Source: Hyphomicrobiales bacterium
GTDB lineage: Bacteria; Pseudomonadota; Alphaproteobacteria; Rhizobiales; JACESI01
Assembly (NCBI GenBank): GCA_039964305.1
Contig: JBDVXS010000139.1
Span: forward strand, 1,501-65,500
Reading direction: 5' to 3'
DNA: 64,000 nt
Under the pieces are notes generated by a model that made no database searches, had not been told where the DNA came from, and saw only the letters and a program-made list of their open reading frames with translations. Each line of letters opens with the position of its first letter. The stretch's first letter is position 1. The position numbers were made by a program, and so were the translations under genes. Shown here one piece after another: positions 42,136-52,760 of this stretch.

Positions 42136-42753
42136 ATGGCTAAATCCGTTACAGGTCCAGAAATTGAACGCCTCGTGCAATTGCTCGCCAAGCTTCCAGG
42201 CCTTGGCCCTCGCTCTGCACGACGCGCCGTTTTGCATTTGGTCAAAAACAAAGACAAATTGCTAACGCCACTGGCGGGCGCTTTGAACGAAGCCGTCACC
42301 ACAATCGTTGAATGCGATGTCTGCGGCAATGTCGACACCACCTCACCCTGCACCATTTGCAACGATCGATCCCGCGATCCCAACACGTTGGTTGTGGTAG
42401 AAGATGTCTCAGACCTTTGGGCTTTAGAGCGAGCAACGGCGGTTACGGGTCGCTATCACGTCCTTGGTGGCACCCTCTCGCCGCTCGATGGTGTCGGCCC
42501 AGAAGATCTCAACATTGCAAGCCTCATTACAAGAGTTCAATCAAGCACCGAAGAAGAGCCAATTAAAGAAGTCATTCTAGCTGTCAACGCGACGGTAGAA
42601 GGGCAAACAACGGCCTATTACATTATGGATCATTTGGCAGAATTTGATGTCTCCGTCTCAAGGCTTGCCCACGGTGTGCCAGTGGGTGGTGAACTTGATT
42701 ATCTGGACGAAGGAACTCTCTCCGCCGCCATTCGACAACGCACCTCGCTTTAA
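42136..42753 (+). CDS. recR: Recombination protein RecR
   Basis: [24 protein letters not shown] HhH motif, C4 zinc finger (CDVCGN...CTIC) and a Toprim domain. I chose the ATG at 42136; the longest ORF starts at TTG 42115. Confidence 0.95.
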   Translation: MAKSVTGPEIERLVQLLAKLPGLGPRSARRAVLHLVKNKDKLLTPLAGALNEAVTTIVECDVCGNVDTTSPCTICNDRSRDPNTLVVVEDVSDLWALERATAVTGRYHVLGGTLSPLDGVGPEDLNIASLITRVQSSTEEEPIKEVILAVNATVEGQTTAYYIMDHLAEFDVSVSRLAHGVPVGGELDYLDEGTLSAAIRQRTSL

Positions 42754-42780
42754 TAACTTAAATGCTTTAGGCCTAAGAGT

Positions 42781-44112
42781 ATGGCAACAAAGTCAAACCC
42801 CTTAAGCGTAACCCATAAATCTGTTTTCACCATCGCGGTGCCGATGGGGCTTGGCTATTTAACCACGCCATTGGTGGGCATTGCTGACACGGCAATTGTG
42901 GGCCAATTGGGGGAAGCTGCCCTTATTGGTGGCGTTGCTGTTGCCGCCGCTTTCATCGGCATTTTGCTGACAACCTTCAACTTCTTGCGCTTTGCAACAT
43001 CGGCCCTCACCGCACAGGCGATTGGCCGCAAAGATGGCGAAGAAGTGGTGGGTGTTCTGCTGCGTTCTTGTTTAATCGGCATTGTTGCAGGCCTTATCGT
43101 CATTGCCTGCTCCACGCTCATTTTGAAATATGGCCTCATCATTATGAGCCCAAGCGATGCGGTAGCAGAGGCCGTGCGCGACTATTTCAATGTGCGTATT
43201 TTGGCGACACCATTTTCACTGCTCAATTTTGTTTTCTTTGCATGGTTTGTCGGCACAGATCGGCCAATCTTAAGCTTCCTCACTCAAAGCTTTTTAAACG
43301 TGCTCAACATCGCGCTTACGTATTATTTCGTGCTGGTGAAGGGCATGGGGGTTGAAGGGGCAGCATGGGGAACGGTGGTTGCCGAAGCCGTCACCGTGTT
43401 TGTTTCGCTTTTCTTTGCCGTGAAACCTGTTTCAAAGTTTGCAGGCCAATTGCTTGCCATGACATTCAATGCCCGCAAGCTAACCACCATGATGGTTTTG
43501 AACGGCGACATTATGGTGCGCTCATTCTGCCTGCATATCGCTTTCGTGTTTTTCACCCGCCAATCCGCCCAGCAATCAGACAACATTCTGGCGGCCAATG
43601 AAATCTTGCTGCACTTCTTTATGATTGCTGGATATTTCCTCGATGGTTTTGCCGTTGCCGCAGAGCAATTTATAGGCCGCGCTATTGGCGCGAAAGATCG
43701 AAACACGTTTAAACGCGCAGTCCATCTCACAAGTTTCTGGAACGTGGTGCAGGCAGTGCTTCTATCACTGGTATTCATCGCCTTTGGCAGCGCTATTGTC
43801 GCCTTCATGACCCCGAACGAAGAAATCAGAGCCATCGCCGCCACCTACATCATTTGGGCTGTCATCACACCAGTGGTTGGCGTTGCGGCCTTTCAAATGG
43901 ACGGTATTTTTATCGGCGCCACATGGTCCCGCGACATGCGCAACACGATGATTTGGTCACTCGTTTTGATGATTGTTACTTATTATATTTTATTCCCAAT
44001 CCTAGATAATCACGGCCTATGGCTGGCGCTTAACATCTTCTTGGGGCTGAGAGGCTTGCTGCTTTATCTCAGATTAAAAAGCCGCGAAGACGCGACTTTT
44101 TCAGCAAGCTAG
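42781..44112 (+). CDS. MATE-family efflux transporter
   Basis: 443 aa with 12 predicted TM helices and a MATE-like N-terminal block (IAVPMGLGYLTTPLVGIADTAIVGQLG). Confidence 0.85.
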   Translation: MATKSNPLSVTHKSVFTIAVPMGLGYLTTPLVGIADTAIVGQLGEAALIGGVAVAAAFIGILLTTFNFLRFATSALTAQAIGRKDGEEVVGVLLRSCLIGIVAGLIVIACSTLILKYGLIIMSPSDAVAEAVRDYFNVRILATPFSLLNFVFFAWFVGTDRPILSFLTQSFLNVLNIALTYYFVLVKGMGVEGAAWGTVVAEAVTVFVSLFFAVKPVSKFAGQLLAMTFNARKLTTMMVLNGDIMVRSFCLHIAFVFFTRQSAQQSDNILAANEILLHFFMIAGYFLDGFAVAAEQFIGRAIGAKDRNTFKRAVHLTSFWNVVQAVLLSLVFIAFGSAIVAFMTPNEEIRAIAATYIIWAVITPVVGVAAFQMDGIFIGATWSRDMRNTMIWSLVLMIVTYYILFPILDNHGLWLALNIFLGLRGLLLYLRLKSREDATFSAS

Positions 44113-45194
44113 TTCGCCTTTAGCAAACGTTCCGTATCAAGCGAAACAAGACTAGCGACGCTTGAAACTTTCTCCGTTTGCACAGCTTCTTCAAGCGTAT
44201 CTTTAATCTCATCAATCAAATCAAAACCGCCATAAATGAGACCGGTATAAACCTGCAACAAATTCGCGCCCGCTTTCATTTTCTGCAAAGCACTCGCACC
44301 ATCCGTTATACCGCCAACCCCGATAATCGGCATGTTAGGCCCAACCGCACGGCGCATTTTTGCAAGCACCAAGGTTGACGCATCAAACACGGGCGCACCC
44401 GAAAGACCACCAGCCTCTTCAGCCAGTTCATGCTCTGCGATTTTCTCGCGTGATACGGTGGTGTTTGAAACAATCAGGCCTTCAATGCCACTATCTAATA
44501 CTTCGCCCGCGATTTCATCGACTTCGCGGTCTGAAATGTCGGGGGCAACTTTCAAGAAGATGGGGGGCTTATAGCCAACCTCAACAGCAACCTCATCACG
44601 CTCTGCTCTGATAGAAGTAAGAAGCTGACGAAGCGCTTCCGCCCCTTGCAAATCCCGCAAGCCTGGTGTGTTGGGTGAGGAGATGTTCGCAGTAAAATAG
44701 CTCGCCACATCGGCAAATTTTCGAATGCCCTTTATATAGTCTGCAATGAAGTCGTCCGAGGTTTTGTTGGCCCCAATATTGACGCCAACAATACCGCCTT
44801 TTTTGCGGCGTTTCTCAAGACGCTTTTTAACAACGTCATGGCCTTCATTGTTAAAACCCAAGCGATTGATAACGGCCTTTTCTTCGGGCAGCCGAAACAC
44901 GCGCGGTTTTGGGTTTCCCTCTTGCGGCAAAGGCGTCACCGTACCAACTTCTGAAAACCCCATACCGCGTTTCATCAACGCATCTGGCACCTCAGCGTTT
45001 TTGTCAAAGCCTGCTGCAATGCCGAGCGGATTGGGGAACGTAATGCCCGCAACCTCCGTGCGCAAAGCCGCACTATCAACCCGTTTGCTGGCTTTCACTG
45101 CGCCGCGCTTAAGGGCTTTCACGCCCGCCAAGTGCGCCCGTTCTGCGTCCAATTTCATCAAGCCCAAACGGGCTAGGTTTTCTAGAAAACTCAT
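44109..45194 (-). CDS. pyrD: Dihydroorotate dehydrogenase (quinone), class 2
   Basis: Blocks GFDKN, GVNIGANK, NISSPNTPGLR and GVGGI. Length 361 aa. Confidence 0.95.
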   Translation of the reverse strand: MSFLENLARLGLMKLDAERAHLAGVKALKRGAVKASKRVDSAALRTEVAGITFPNPLGIAAGFDKNAEVPDALMKRGMGFSEVGTVTPLPQEGNPKPRVFRLPEEKAVINRLGFNNEGHDVVKKRLEKRRKKGGIVGVNIGANKTSDDFIADYIKGIRKFADVASYFTANISSPNTPGLRDLQGAEALRQLLTSIRAERDEVAVEVGYKPPIFLKVAPDISDREVDEIAGEVLDSGIEGLIVSNTTVSREKIAEHELAEEAGGLSGAPVFDASTLVLAKMRRAVGPNMPIIGVGGITDGASALQKMKAGANLLQVYTGLIYGGFDLIDEIKDTLEEAVQTEKVSSVASLVSLDTERLLKAN

Positions 45195-45198
45195 GGTT

Positions 45199-45540
45199 CT
45201 AGTTCATCTCCGGAAAATCGTGAGTGCCGTCATCTTTAAGCGGTAGAGGTTTCACCCATTCAGCAACGGTTACATCAAGCGTATTATAAAGATGCGGAAA
45301 CAACGCACCACCGCGCGACGGTTCCCACTTTAGCGCGTCGCCCAGCTTTTCCCCTTCAACCGCAATCAAAAGCAAATCACCTTGCCCGCTAAAATGCTTC
45401 GCAGCTGTCTCGCGCGCCTGCTCTGCCGTTGAAAAATGGATATAGCCGTCACTATGGTCAATCGGCGCACCGTCAAAGATGCCTTTTGCTTCCGCTTGCT
45501 GCCAAAGTGCCTGCGGGCAAATTTTATAAATTACCGTCAT
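45199..45540 (-). CDS. DUF952 family protein
   Basis: 113 aa (MTVIYKICPQALW...DGYIHFST...HLY), typical of DUF952. The pyrD adjacency is common in alphaproteobacteria. Confidence 0.75.
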   Translation of the reverse strand: MTVIYKICPQALWQQAEAKGIFDGAPIDHSDGYIHFSTAEQARETAAKHFSGQGDLLLIAVEGEKLGDALKWEPSRGGALFPHLYNTLDVTVAEWVKPLPLKDDGTHDFPEMN

Positions 45541-45701
45541 GGTTCTACTTACTGCTCAATTTGAGGATGACTTGCAAAGGCCATGCCCCGTAACTTTTGT
45601 CAATCCAAACAACTTGCTCTATATTATGGTTAACAAGAACTGAATGATGGCACTATAGCATGGCGTTACCGCCTTGTTCATAGCGCCAATACAGGACGAA
45701 G

Positions 45702-46103
45702 ATGGCAAGACCAATTACATATCTAAGTACGTTACTCATCAGCGGATTGCTGTTTAGCCAAGTGGTATCTGCCCACACCAAATATGAGGTCAGAGAAACG
45801 GAAAATGGTGGTTATGTGGTGCTTAACACGGTCACCGGTGCCTTAAGTGCCTGTGAGCGCCAATCCGATGGCTATCAGTGCAAAAACTATGTCCCTGTTT
45901 CAGATGAAAAAATTGTAGCAAACAACGCACCAACCGATTGGCACACTGTTATTGCGACAAATTTCCAAAGCGGCGTCTCTCATGTCCGTCATGGACTTTT
46001 ATATGTGCTAGCAGAAGAAAACTTTGAATATGCGGCAAACCTCTCAAAAGAAGCCTTCAAACGGCTCTTCAACTTTACTGATCAGCTAAAAGCTCGCCTT
46101 TAA
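45702..46103 (+). CDS. Secreted hypothetical protein
   Basis: Signal peptide (LSTLLISGLLFSQVVSA). No recognised motif. It lies 2 nt upstream of the next gene. Confidence 0.5.
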   Translation: MARPITYLSTLLISGLLFSQVVSAHTKYEVRETENGGYVVLNTVTGALSACERQSDGYQCKNYVPVSDEKIVANNAPTDWHTVIATNFQSGVSHVRHGLLYVLAEENFEYAANLSKEAFKRLFNFTDQLKARL

Positions 46104-46105
46104 AG

Positions 46106-46429
46106 ATGGCAACGATCCTCACCAGAACAATTGTCGCGTTGCTTGGTATTGGTTTGACCATTCTCATCGTTCTTGCGGCATTGGAAGCGCCAATCGGTGA
46201 GAGTTTTGGCAGAATTACTCAAGACCTTTGGGGATGGACCGCCTTGGTTGATCTTTATCTCGGTTTCATTCTGATTGCAGTAATCATCGCCTATTTTGAA
46301 AAAAACAAAGTTATCGCAGCTTTCTGGATTTTGCCAATATTCTTCTTAGGCAATATTTGGTCTGCTTTATGGCTCGTATTTAAGCTCCCAAAGCTTGCAA
46401 TTCGCTTGAAAGCAGGCGAGACAGTCTAG
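46106..46429 (+). CDS. Small 3-4 TM membrane protein, DUF1475-like
   Basis: 107 aa. The Trp-rich helices (DLWGWTALVDLYLGF, NIWSALWL) resemble DUF1475 as I recall it. Confidence 0.55.
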   Translation: MATILTRTIVALLGIGLTILIVLAALEAPIGESFGRITQDLWGWTALVDLYLGFILIAVIIAYFEKNKVIAAFWILPIFFLGNIWSALWLVFKLPKLAIRLKAGETV

Positions 46430-46539
46430 AGATTGCTTGTTAAGTAGGCAGATGGGAATTTTTATGCCATCTAACACTTTTTCATGATTGCGCTAAACGA
46501 AGATTCTGCGATATTGTGCATCATTGGGAGGGCTAAAAT

Positions 46540-47184
46540 TTGATGACAGCACCATGCATAGTGGTAGCCGACGACCATCCTTTGTTTAGGGATGCGCTAT
46601 CTGGCATCATATCAGCTGGCTTTTCAGGCGCTTCTGTTGTTTCAGCAGAAGACCTAACGACCACGATTAAAGCACTTGAAGAAACGGCTGATGTCGATCT
46701 GGTTTTGTTGGACCTCAACATGCCCGGCGTTCAAGGCTTTTCTGGCCTCATCTTTTTACGCGGCCAATATCCGACCATTCCAATCATCGTTGTTTCTGGT
46801 AACGAAGATCTAGATACGATACGCCGTTCGATTTCACTGGGTGCATCAGGCTTTATTCCAAAATCAAGTGATACAGACACAATCAAAGGCGCCATGAATA
46901 GTGTGCTTGATGGTGGCGTATGGGTGCCAGATCAAGCAGCCATTGATAATGAAACTGAAGATGACGAGCTTCTCGAAATTGCCTCACGTCTGTCAACACT
47001 CACCCCGCAGCAAATGCGCGTTTTGATGATGTTGAAAGAAGGACTACTCAACAAGCAAATCGCTTATGAGTTGAACGTCTCAGAAGCGACAGTAAAAGCT
47101 CATGTGTCCGCTATTTTGCAAAAGCTAGATGTGAACAGCCGCACGCAAGCAGTGATCGTCGCGTCCAAAATCGCATCGACTTAA
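46540..47184 (+). CDS. Response regulator, REC plus LuxR-type HTH (CrbR/ErdR-like)
   Basis: REC domain (VVADDHPLF, LLDLNMPG, phospho-acceptor Asp) and a C-terminal LuxR HTH (LTPQQMRVLMMLKEGLLNKQIAYELNVSEATVKAHV). Confidence 0.85.
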   Translation: MMTAPCIVVADDHPLFRDALSGIISAGFSGASVVSAEDLTTTIKALEETADVDLVLLDLNMPGVQGFSGLIFLRGQYPTIPIIVVSGNEDLDTIRRSISLGASGFIPKSSDTDTIKGAMNSVLDGGVWVPDQAAIDNETEDDELLEIASRLSTLTPQQMRVLMMLKEGLLNKQIAYELNVSEATVKAHVSAILQKLDVNSRTQAVIVASKIAST

Positions 47185-47192
47185 ATCACTAT

Positions 47193-50100
47193 CTATTCAG
47201 CAGCAACCCGCGTTAAACGCCATTGTGACAACAAGGCGCGAAGAGCTGCAGGCTTCACTGGCTTTCGCAACACGAGGATCGATTGTTCCTCCGCCGTATT
47301 TTGTACAGCCCGCGAACGATCCGCAGTTAGCAAAATACTCGGCAAGTCAGCGCGGTAACGCTGGCGACACTCTTGAACCACATCTATACCGGTTCCAACA
47401 TCAAGGTGGTAATCGGCGATAATGCCATCTGGAACTTCACCATACTGGTCAATGACGTTGAGGGCTGCCTCAAGATTGTTCGCGGTTAAAACAGTACAAT
47501 CCCAGCCTGAAAGCATTGATTCCATACCCTTCAAAATTTCTGGCTCATTATCGATACATAGTATCGTTAGGCCATTCAGCTGAGTGCTAATAATTGGCTT
47601 TGCGACAGGCTCCTTATTTGCTTTTCCAACTTTGGCAGGTTTGGCAACCCGTTTAACGCCAACAGAAAACTGAGAGCCTTCACCCAATTCAGATTCAAGT
47701 TTTATCGGATGGTTCAAAACCTTGGAAATACGTTCAACAATGGATAAGCCAAGCCCTAAACCCGAAGCTGCCCGCACCCCATCTTCAAGTCTATGAAACT
47801 CTCTGAAAATATCGTCCCGATGACTTTCAAGTATGCCCTGCCCCGTATCTGTAACGTCGATCGTAAAATTATCCTTTGCCCCTTTGGCGGTCACCGTAAC
47901 CTTACCGGCTTCCGTATATTTGATCGCATTCGAAATCAGGTTTTGTAACAAACGGCGCAGCAAACGTTCATCAGAATCCAAATAGGCAGATGAGGGCGAA
48001 ATGGAGAGCACCAAGCCCTTGTCTGTTGCTTGCGGAGCAAACTCGACTTCCAATTGATCAAACAAATCTTGAAGAGCAAAAACAGCAAATCTCGGCTTGA
48101 GCGCGCCCGTGTCCAATCGTCCAATATCAAGAACCGCACCTAAAATATCTTCCACACCACCAAGCGATGCATTGATCTTCTGGACAAATTCTCCAGTAAC
48201 TTGATCACCATCCCGCGACGCTCTATCTGCCAAGGTGGTGGCATAAAGACGCGCGGCATTGAGAGGTTGCAAAATGTCGTGGCCGGCAGCAGCAAGAAAA
48301 CGAGTTTTGCCCAAGTTCGCATCATCAGCTTCAGCCTTTGCATCGGTCAATTCGCTGTTGAGGTGCATCAGTTCTTCCGTCCGCGTTCGAACCCGCGCTT
48401 CCAACGTTTCGTTTGATCTTGTCAGCGCTTCTTCGTTCAAAATACGGTTGGTAATATCGTTGATTGAAAGCACAAAGCCGCCTTCTGGCATTGGCTTGGT
48501 TCGCACCTCTACCGCACGGCGAGCAATCGCCAAGCGCTCTGTAATGACCTTGGCGCTGCCACTATAAGAAGCAATACGACTTGCAATATCACCTTCAATA
48601 GAACCAAGACCGAACTCCCCCACTTCCGCCATATGCCGCAGGATACGACCAAGCGATGTGCCGACCTCGCCAAACTCAACAGGCAAATCCAAAATCGTCC
48701 GGAAGTTACGGTTCCAACACGTCAACCGCAAATCAGAATCGAACACGGCCAAGCCCTGCTCAACTTCATCAATCGCCACTTGCAAAAGCTCGCGGTTATA
48801 TTGAATAGCCGCTGTCGCCTCATCCAACAATTGCACCGCTTCTTGCGGGTCTGCCCTTTGCCGACTAATCAGCAAGGTCATCACAAGACGCGCAGACGAA
48901 GCACCAATAGCAGATGCGAGCAACTGCTCAGCAAACCGCAACAATGGCACATCAGCAATATTGTCTGGCTCAAGCACCACAGCGCCTTCACGAGCAAAAC
49001 GGTCAAAAGAACGGGCAACACGTTCTTGGCCAAGATAATGACCAACCGTGTCTTGCAATTCCTCCACCTTAATTGGCGCATGCCAGCGCTTATAAACATG
49101 AGAGGGAACATAACTACGGGCGACAAAAACATCGGATTGAAGACGTTCAATTGGCGATTGTGTGGTCATAAGAGACACCACAATGAACAAAAGACTGTTC
49201 ACACCAAGTGACCACAACGTTCCATGCATGAGCGGTGATACTTCTGTCCCAAACAAAGCCGTCGGCTTTAATGCTTCAAGACCAAAAGGCCCATTGGCAA
49301 GAATGGCTGGCGAGATGACACCTGAATCAACGAAGGTCGGTAAAATCAACGTATAGGCCCAAAGCACAAACCCGACACACATGGAGACAACAGCGCCTTT
49401 AGAGGTTGCCCGTTTCCAAAAAAGCCCACCAAAAAATGCTGGAGCAAGCTGCGCGGCCGCCGCGAAAGATAAGATACCGATGGAAACCAAAGCAGCCGTA
49501 TCACCTGCCACGCGATAATAAACGTAAGCCAGTAAGATGATCAGGAAAATCGCGCCTCGGCGAATATTCAAAATCAATCCATACATATCGCGATAGGGGA
49601 TGACACGGTTTGAAGAACGGCGAACAATCCACGGCACAACAATGTCATTGGAAACCATGATCGCAAGAGCAACAGTTGCGACAATCACCATTGCCGTGGC
49701 TGCGGACAATCCGCCCAAATACGCGACGATCGAAATAAAATCGGCACCATGGGACAACGGCAAGGCAAGCACGAACGAATCTTCATTAACCGCCGTATCA
49801 AAAGACAACAGGCCCGCAAGGGCGATTGGCGCAACGAAGAGGTTGATCAAGATTAGATAGAGAGGAAACAGCCAAATGGCACGGCGCGATTCATCCCCGC
49901 CATTGCTTTCCACGACCATCACATGAAATTGCCGTGGCAAGATAAAGAACGCGCCGAAACTGAGAATCGCAAAGCTAATCCAAAGCCCGTCACCTTGCTC
50001 TTGTATTAGCGAGCGATACAAAACGCCGCTCTCTTCGCCTTGTTTGTAAAGGTCGGCAGGACCATCAAACATAAACCAGGTGACATAAACACCAACGGCC

Positions 50101-50762
50101 AAAAAGGCGACTAGCTTGATGACTGATTCTGTGGCCACCGCCAGCATCAAACCATTTTGGTGTTCGGTTGCGTCCGTATGGCGCGCACCGAATAAAATCG
50201 CGAAAGCCGCCATCGAAATAGCAATCAACAACGGCAAATCACTAAAGAACGGAATGCTCGCATCACCAGATAGGGTCTGATCACTCACCATAATAGCGAC
50301 TGAAGTCGAAAGTGCTTTCAACTGAAGCGCGATATAAGGAACTGTACCAATGACAGCGATCAAAGTCGCAACAACTGCAACTGTCTGTCGTTTGCCATAT
50401 CTGGAAGCAAGAAAGTCAGCAATTGACGTAATCCGCTCTTCTTTTGAGAGCCTGATAATCCGGCGAAGCAGCGGATAACCAACCGTTACCAAAAGCACGG
50501 GGCATATATAAATCGCTAGGAAATCAAAGCCCGAGCGGGCCGCAACGCCTACTGAGCCAAAAAATGTCCACGACGTGCAATAAACCGCAATCGAAAGCGC
50601 GTAGATGGTTGGACGCCAACGCAGCCAGCGTTCTGAACCTGCTTGACGGTCACCATAAGTCGCGACCAAAAACAAAAAACCCATATAGACAAGCGAGATC
50701 AGCGCAATGGCTAACCCACTGGTTAAATCGATTTTTCCCAATGTCGCAAGCAATTCGCTCAT
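47193..50762 (-). CDS. Hybrid sensor histidine kinase with N-terminal SLC5 (sodium:solute symporter) domain (CrbS/MxtR-like)
   Basis: 1189 aa. About 13 TM helices of SSF type, then a STAC-like segment, a PAS domain, an H-box (FLAAAGHDILQPLNA), HATPase N/G boxes and a C-terminal REC domain (ILCIDNEPE...IIADYHLD). Confidence 0.85.
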   Translation of the reverse strand: MSELLATLGKIDLTSGLAIALISLVYMGFLFLVATYGDRQAGSERWLRWRPTIYALSIAVYCTSWTFFGSVGVAARSGFDFLAIYICPVLLVTVGYPLLRRIIRLSKEERITSIADFLASRYGKRQTVAVVATLIAVIGTVPYIALQLKALSTSVAIMVSDQTLSGDASIPFFSDLPLLIAISMAAFAILFGARHTDATEHQNGLMLAVATESVIKLVAFLAVGVYVTWFMFDGPADLYKQGEESGVLYRSLIQEQGDGLWISFAILSFGAFFILPRQFHVMVVESNGGDESRRAIWLFPLYLILINLFVAPIALAGLLSFDTAVNEDSFVLALPLSHGADFISIVAYLGGLSAATAMVIVATVALAIMVSNDIVVPWIVRRSSNRVIPYRDMYGLILNIRRGAIFLIILLAYVYYRVAGDTAALVSIGILSFAAAAQLAPAFFGGLFWKRATSKGAVVSMCVGFVLWAYTLILPTFVDSGVISPAILANGPFGLEALKPTALFGTEVSPLMHGTLWSLGVNSLLFIVVSLMTTQSPIERLQSDVFVARSYVPSHVYKRWHAPIKVEELQDTVGHYLGQERVARSFDRFAREGAVVLEPDNIADVPLLRFAEQLLASAIGASSARLVMTLLISRQRADPQEAVQLLDEATAAIQYNRELLQVAIDEVEQGLAVFDSDLRLTCWNRNFRTILDLPVEFGEVGTSLGRILRHMAEVGEFGLGSIEGDIASRIASYSGSAKVITERLAIARRAVEVRTKPMPEGGFVLSINDITNRILNEEALTRSNETLEARVRTRTEELMHLNSELTDAKAEADDANLGKTRFLAAAGHDILQPLNAARLYATTLADRASRDGDQVTGEFVQKINASLGGVEDILGAVLDIGRLDTGALKPRFAVFALQDLFDQLEVEFAPQATDKGLVLSISPSSAYLDSDERLLRRLLQNLISNAIKYTEAGKVTVTAKGAKDNFTIDVTDTGQGILESHRDDIFREFHRLEDGVRAASGLGLGLSIVERISKVLNHPIKLESELGEGSQFSVGVKRVAKPAKVGKANKEPVAKPIISTQLNGLTILCIDNEPEILKGMESMLSGWDCTVLTANNLEAALNVIDQYGEVPDGIIADYHLDVGTGIDVVQECRQRYRADLPSILLTADRSRAVQNTAEEQSILVLRKPVKPAALRALLSQWRLTRVAAE

Positions 50763-50972
50763 CGTTACTCAAGTCACATAATCAAGGGCAGTTATGAGTT
50801 TTGTATCACATTTTTGAACACGCACGCAAAATAGCGTTAATCTAAAGTTAAAATAATACTTCACAGGTGCGTGTTGCTTTGCTATCACTGCAACGCAAAG
50901 TAGAAATTGGCCATCAAATTCACTTTAGCAAACCACTAAAATGGTGGGCTTATTTTATTTAAGGGGAACGAA

Positions 50973-51386
50973 ATGCTTAAAGAATTCAAAGAGTTTGCCA
51001 TGAAAGGCAACATGATCGATATGGCTGTCGGTATCATTATCGGTGCAGCATTCGGCGCGGTTATCTCATCATTGGTTGATGATGTATTCATGCCGGTAAT
51101 CGGGCTTTTGCTCGGTGGTTTAGACTTCTCGAACTTGTTCATCGCTTTGGGCGAAGGAACATTTGCTACTGCAGAAGCTGCTAAAGAAGCTGGTGTTGCG
51201 ACAATTAACATTGGTCTCTTCATCAATGCGATCATCAAGTTCGTCATTATCGCTTTTGCACTCTTCATGGTGATCAAAGGCGTCAATGCTGCGAAGAAAA
51301 AAGAAGACGAAGCGCCAGCAGAACCAGCTGCACCACCAGCGAACGAAGTTTTGCTAGGTGAGATTCGCGATCTTTTGAAAAAGTAA
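50973..51386 (+). CDS. mscL: Large-conductance mechanosensitive channel
   Basis: [28 protein letters not shown] is the canonical MscL N-terminus. Length 137 aa. Confidence 0.95.
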   Translation: MLKEFKEFAMKGNMIDMAVGIIIGAAFGAVISSLVDDVFMPVIGLLLGGLDFSNLFIALGEGTFATAEAAKEAGVATINIGLFINAIIKFVIIAFALFMVIKGVNAAKKKEDEAPAEPAAPPANEVLLGEIRDLLKK

Positions 51387-51410
51387 GCGAACGCTAAAAT
51401 TTAAGAATTG

Positions 51411-51438
51411 AAAAACCCCAGCTCAGCTGGGGTTTTTT
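51411..51438 (+). terminator. Rho-independent terminator of mscL
   Basis: aaaaaCCCCAGCtcaGCTGGGGtttttt: a GC-rich stem followed by a T6 run, 25 nt after the mscL stop. Confidence 0.85.
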
Positions 51439-51477
51439 ATTGGACGAGCAAAACGCAAAAATCTTAAGCTGCTTCAT

Positions 51478-52722
51478 ATGCCTTTCCATCAAAGGCCACC
51501 CAACGGAGCAGCCATGCAAGACCCACTCATTAAAAATCTTCGCCCCCCTGTCCGCGACCTGCCAATGAGCGGCATCTTAGAGGTCGTGAATGCGGGTATG
51601 GAAAAAGAAGGGTTGATCCCCCTTTGGACAGGTGAGAGCCATCTTCCAACCCCAGACTTCATTTGCAATGCTGCCTACCAATCCATGCAGGCGGGCGAAA
51701 CTTTTTATACCTATCAGCGCGGCCTCCCCGAACTTCGGCAAGCCTTAGCAGATTACCATGACCGCCATTTTGGGCGAGAGGGTCGGCAATTTTCATCAGA
51801 AGAATTCTTCGTAACAGGGTCAGGAATGCAAGCTGTGCAGCTTGCCATTCAGGCAATTGCTGGCGAAGGCCACGAAGTCATTATTCCAACCCCAACATGG
51901 CCAAACTCAATCAGCGCCACAACAATCGCAAGTGGAGTACCTGTCGAACTTGAATTACGCCCTCCAAATACGGACACAGGAGAAGGCTGGCGTTTGGATC
52001 TTGATGATCTCAGAGCAGCCATCACGCCAAAGACCAGAGCAATCAACATTAATTCACCAGCTAACCCTACTGGATGGACGGCATCACTGGATGAGCTCAC
52101 TGAAATCTTAGAAATCGCCCGTGAACATAATATCTGGATCATCGCTGATGAGGTTTATCACCGTTTTTACTATGGCGATCATGCGGTTAATGGCCGTGCA
52201 CCATCGTTTTATGATGTGATGAATGAGGAAGACCAAATCGTCTTCGTCAACACCTTCTCTAAAAACTGGGCGATGACGGGCTGGCGCATTGGTTGGATCG
52301 CCGCCTCCCCCAAACTTGGACAAGTATTTGAAAACCTTATTCAGTTTTCTACATCAGGCGTTGCAGCCTTTATGCAACGAGCAGCCATTGTTGCGTTAAA
52401 CGATGGTGAAAATTTTATCCAAAGTCAGATCGCATCCATAGAAAAATCACGAGATGTACTGTGTGACGCCCTACAAGCCACTGGCGAAGTGACATTCTCG
52501 GTGCCAGATGGTGCGTTTTACCTCTTGTTTTCAATCGATAAATTACCAAATTCGCGCGAAGTCGCCTTGCGATTGATTGATGAAGCTTTGATCGGGTTAT
52601 CTCCCGGTTCCGCCTTTGGCAAAGGCGGAGAACCCTACTTGCGCGCTTGCTTTGCGCGCTCACCAAAAGACGTCAAATTTGCCAGTGACGCTTTGACCAA
52701 TTGGCTTGTGCAAGAACTCTGA
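51478..52722 (+). CDS. PLP-dependent class I/II aminotransferase
   Basis: FSKNWAMTGWRIGW block carrying the PLP lysine. An alternative start lies at ATG 51514 (MQDPL...). Confidence 0.85.
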   Translation: MPFHQRPPNGAAMQDPLIKNLRPPVRDLPMSGILEVVNAGMEKEGLIPLWTGESHLPTPDFICNAAYQSMQAGETFYTYQRGLPELRQALADYHDRHFGREGRQFSSEEFFVTGSGMQAVQLAIQAIAGEGHEVIIPTPTWPNSISATTIASGVPVELELRPPNTDTGEGWRLDLDDLRAAITPKTRAININSPANPTGWTASLDELTEILEIAREHNIWIIADEVYHRFYYGDHAVNGRAPSFYDVMNEEDQIVFVNTFSKNWAMTGWRIGWIAASPKLGQVFENLIQFSTSGVAAFMQRAAIVALNDGENFIQSQIASIEKSRDVLCDALQATGEVTFSVPDGAFYLLFSIDKLPNSREVALRLIDEALIGLSPGSAFGKGGEPYLRACFARSPKDVKFASDALTNWLVQEL

Positions 52723-52760
52723 TACATTAACCAAATAACGACCAAATTTCGGGGATTTTT

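Noticed and set aside
42767-42776. 10-bp palindrome ttaggcctaa between recR and the MATE gene
   Set aside because: It is short, has no loop so cannot be a terminator hairpin, and is within chance expectation over 64 kb.
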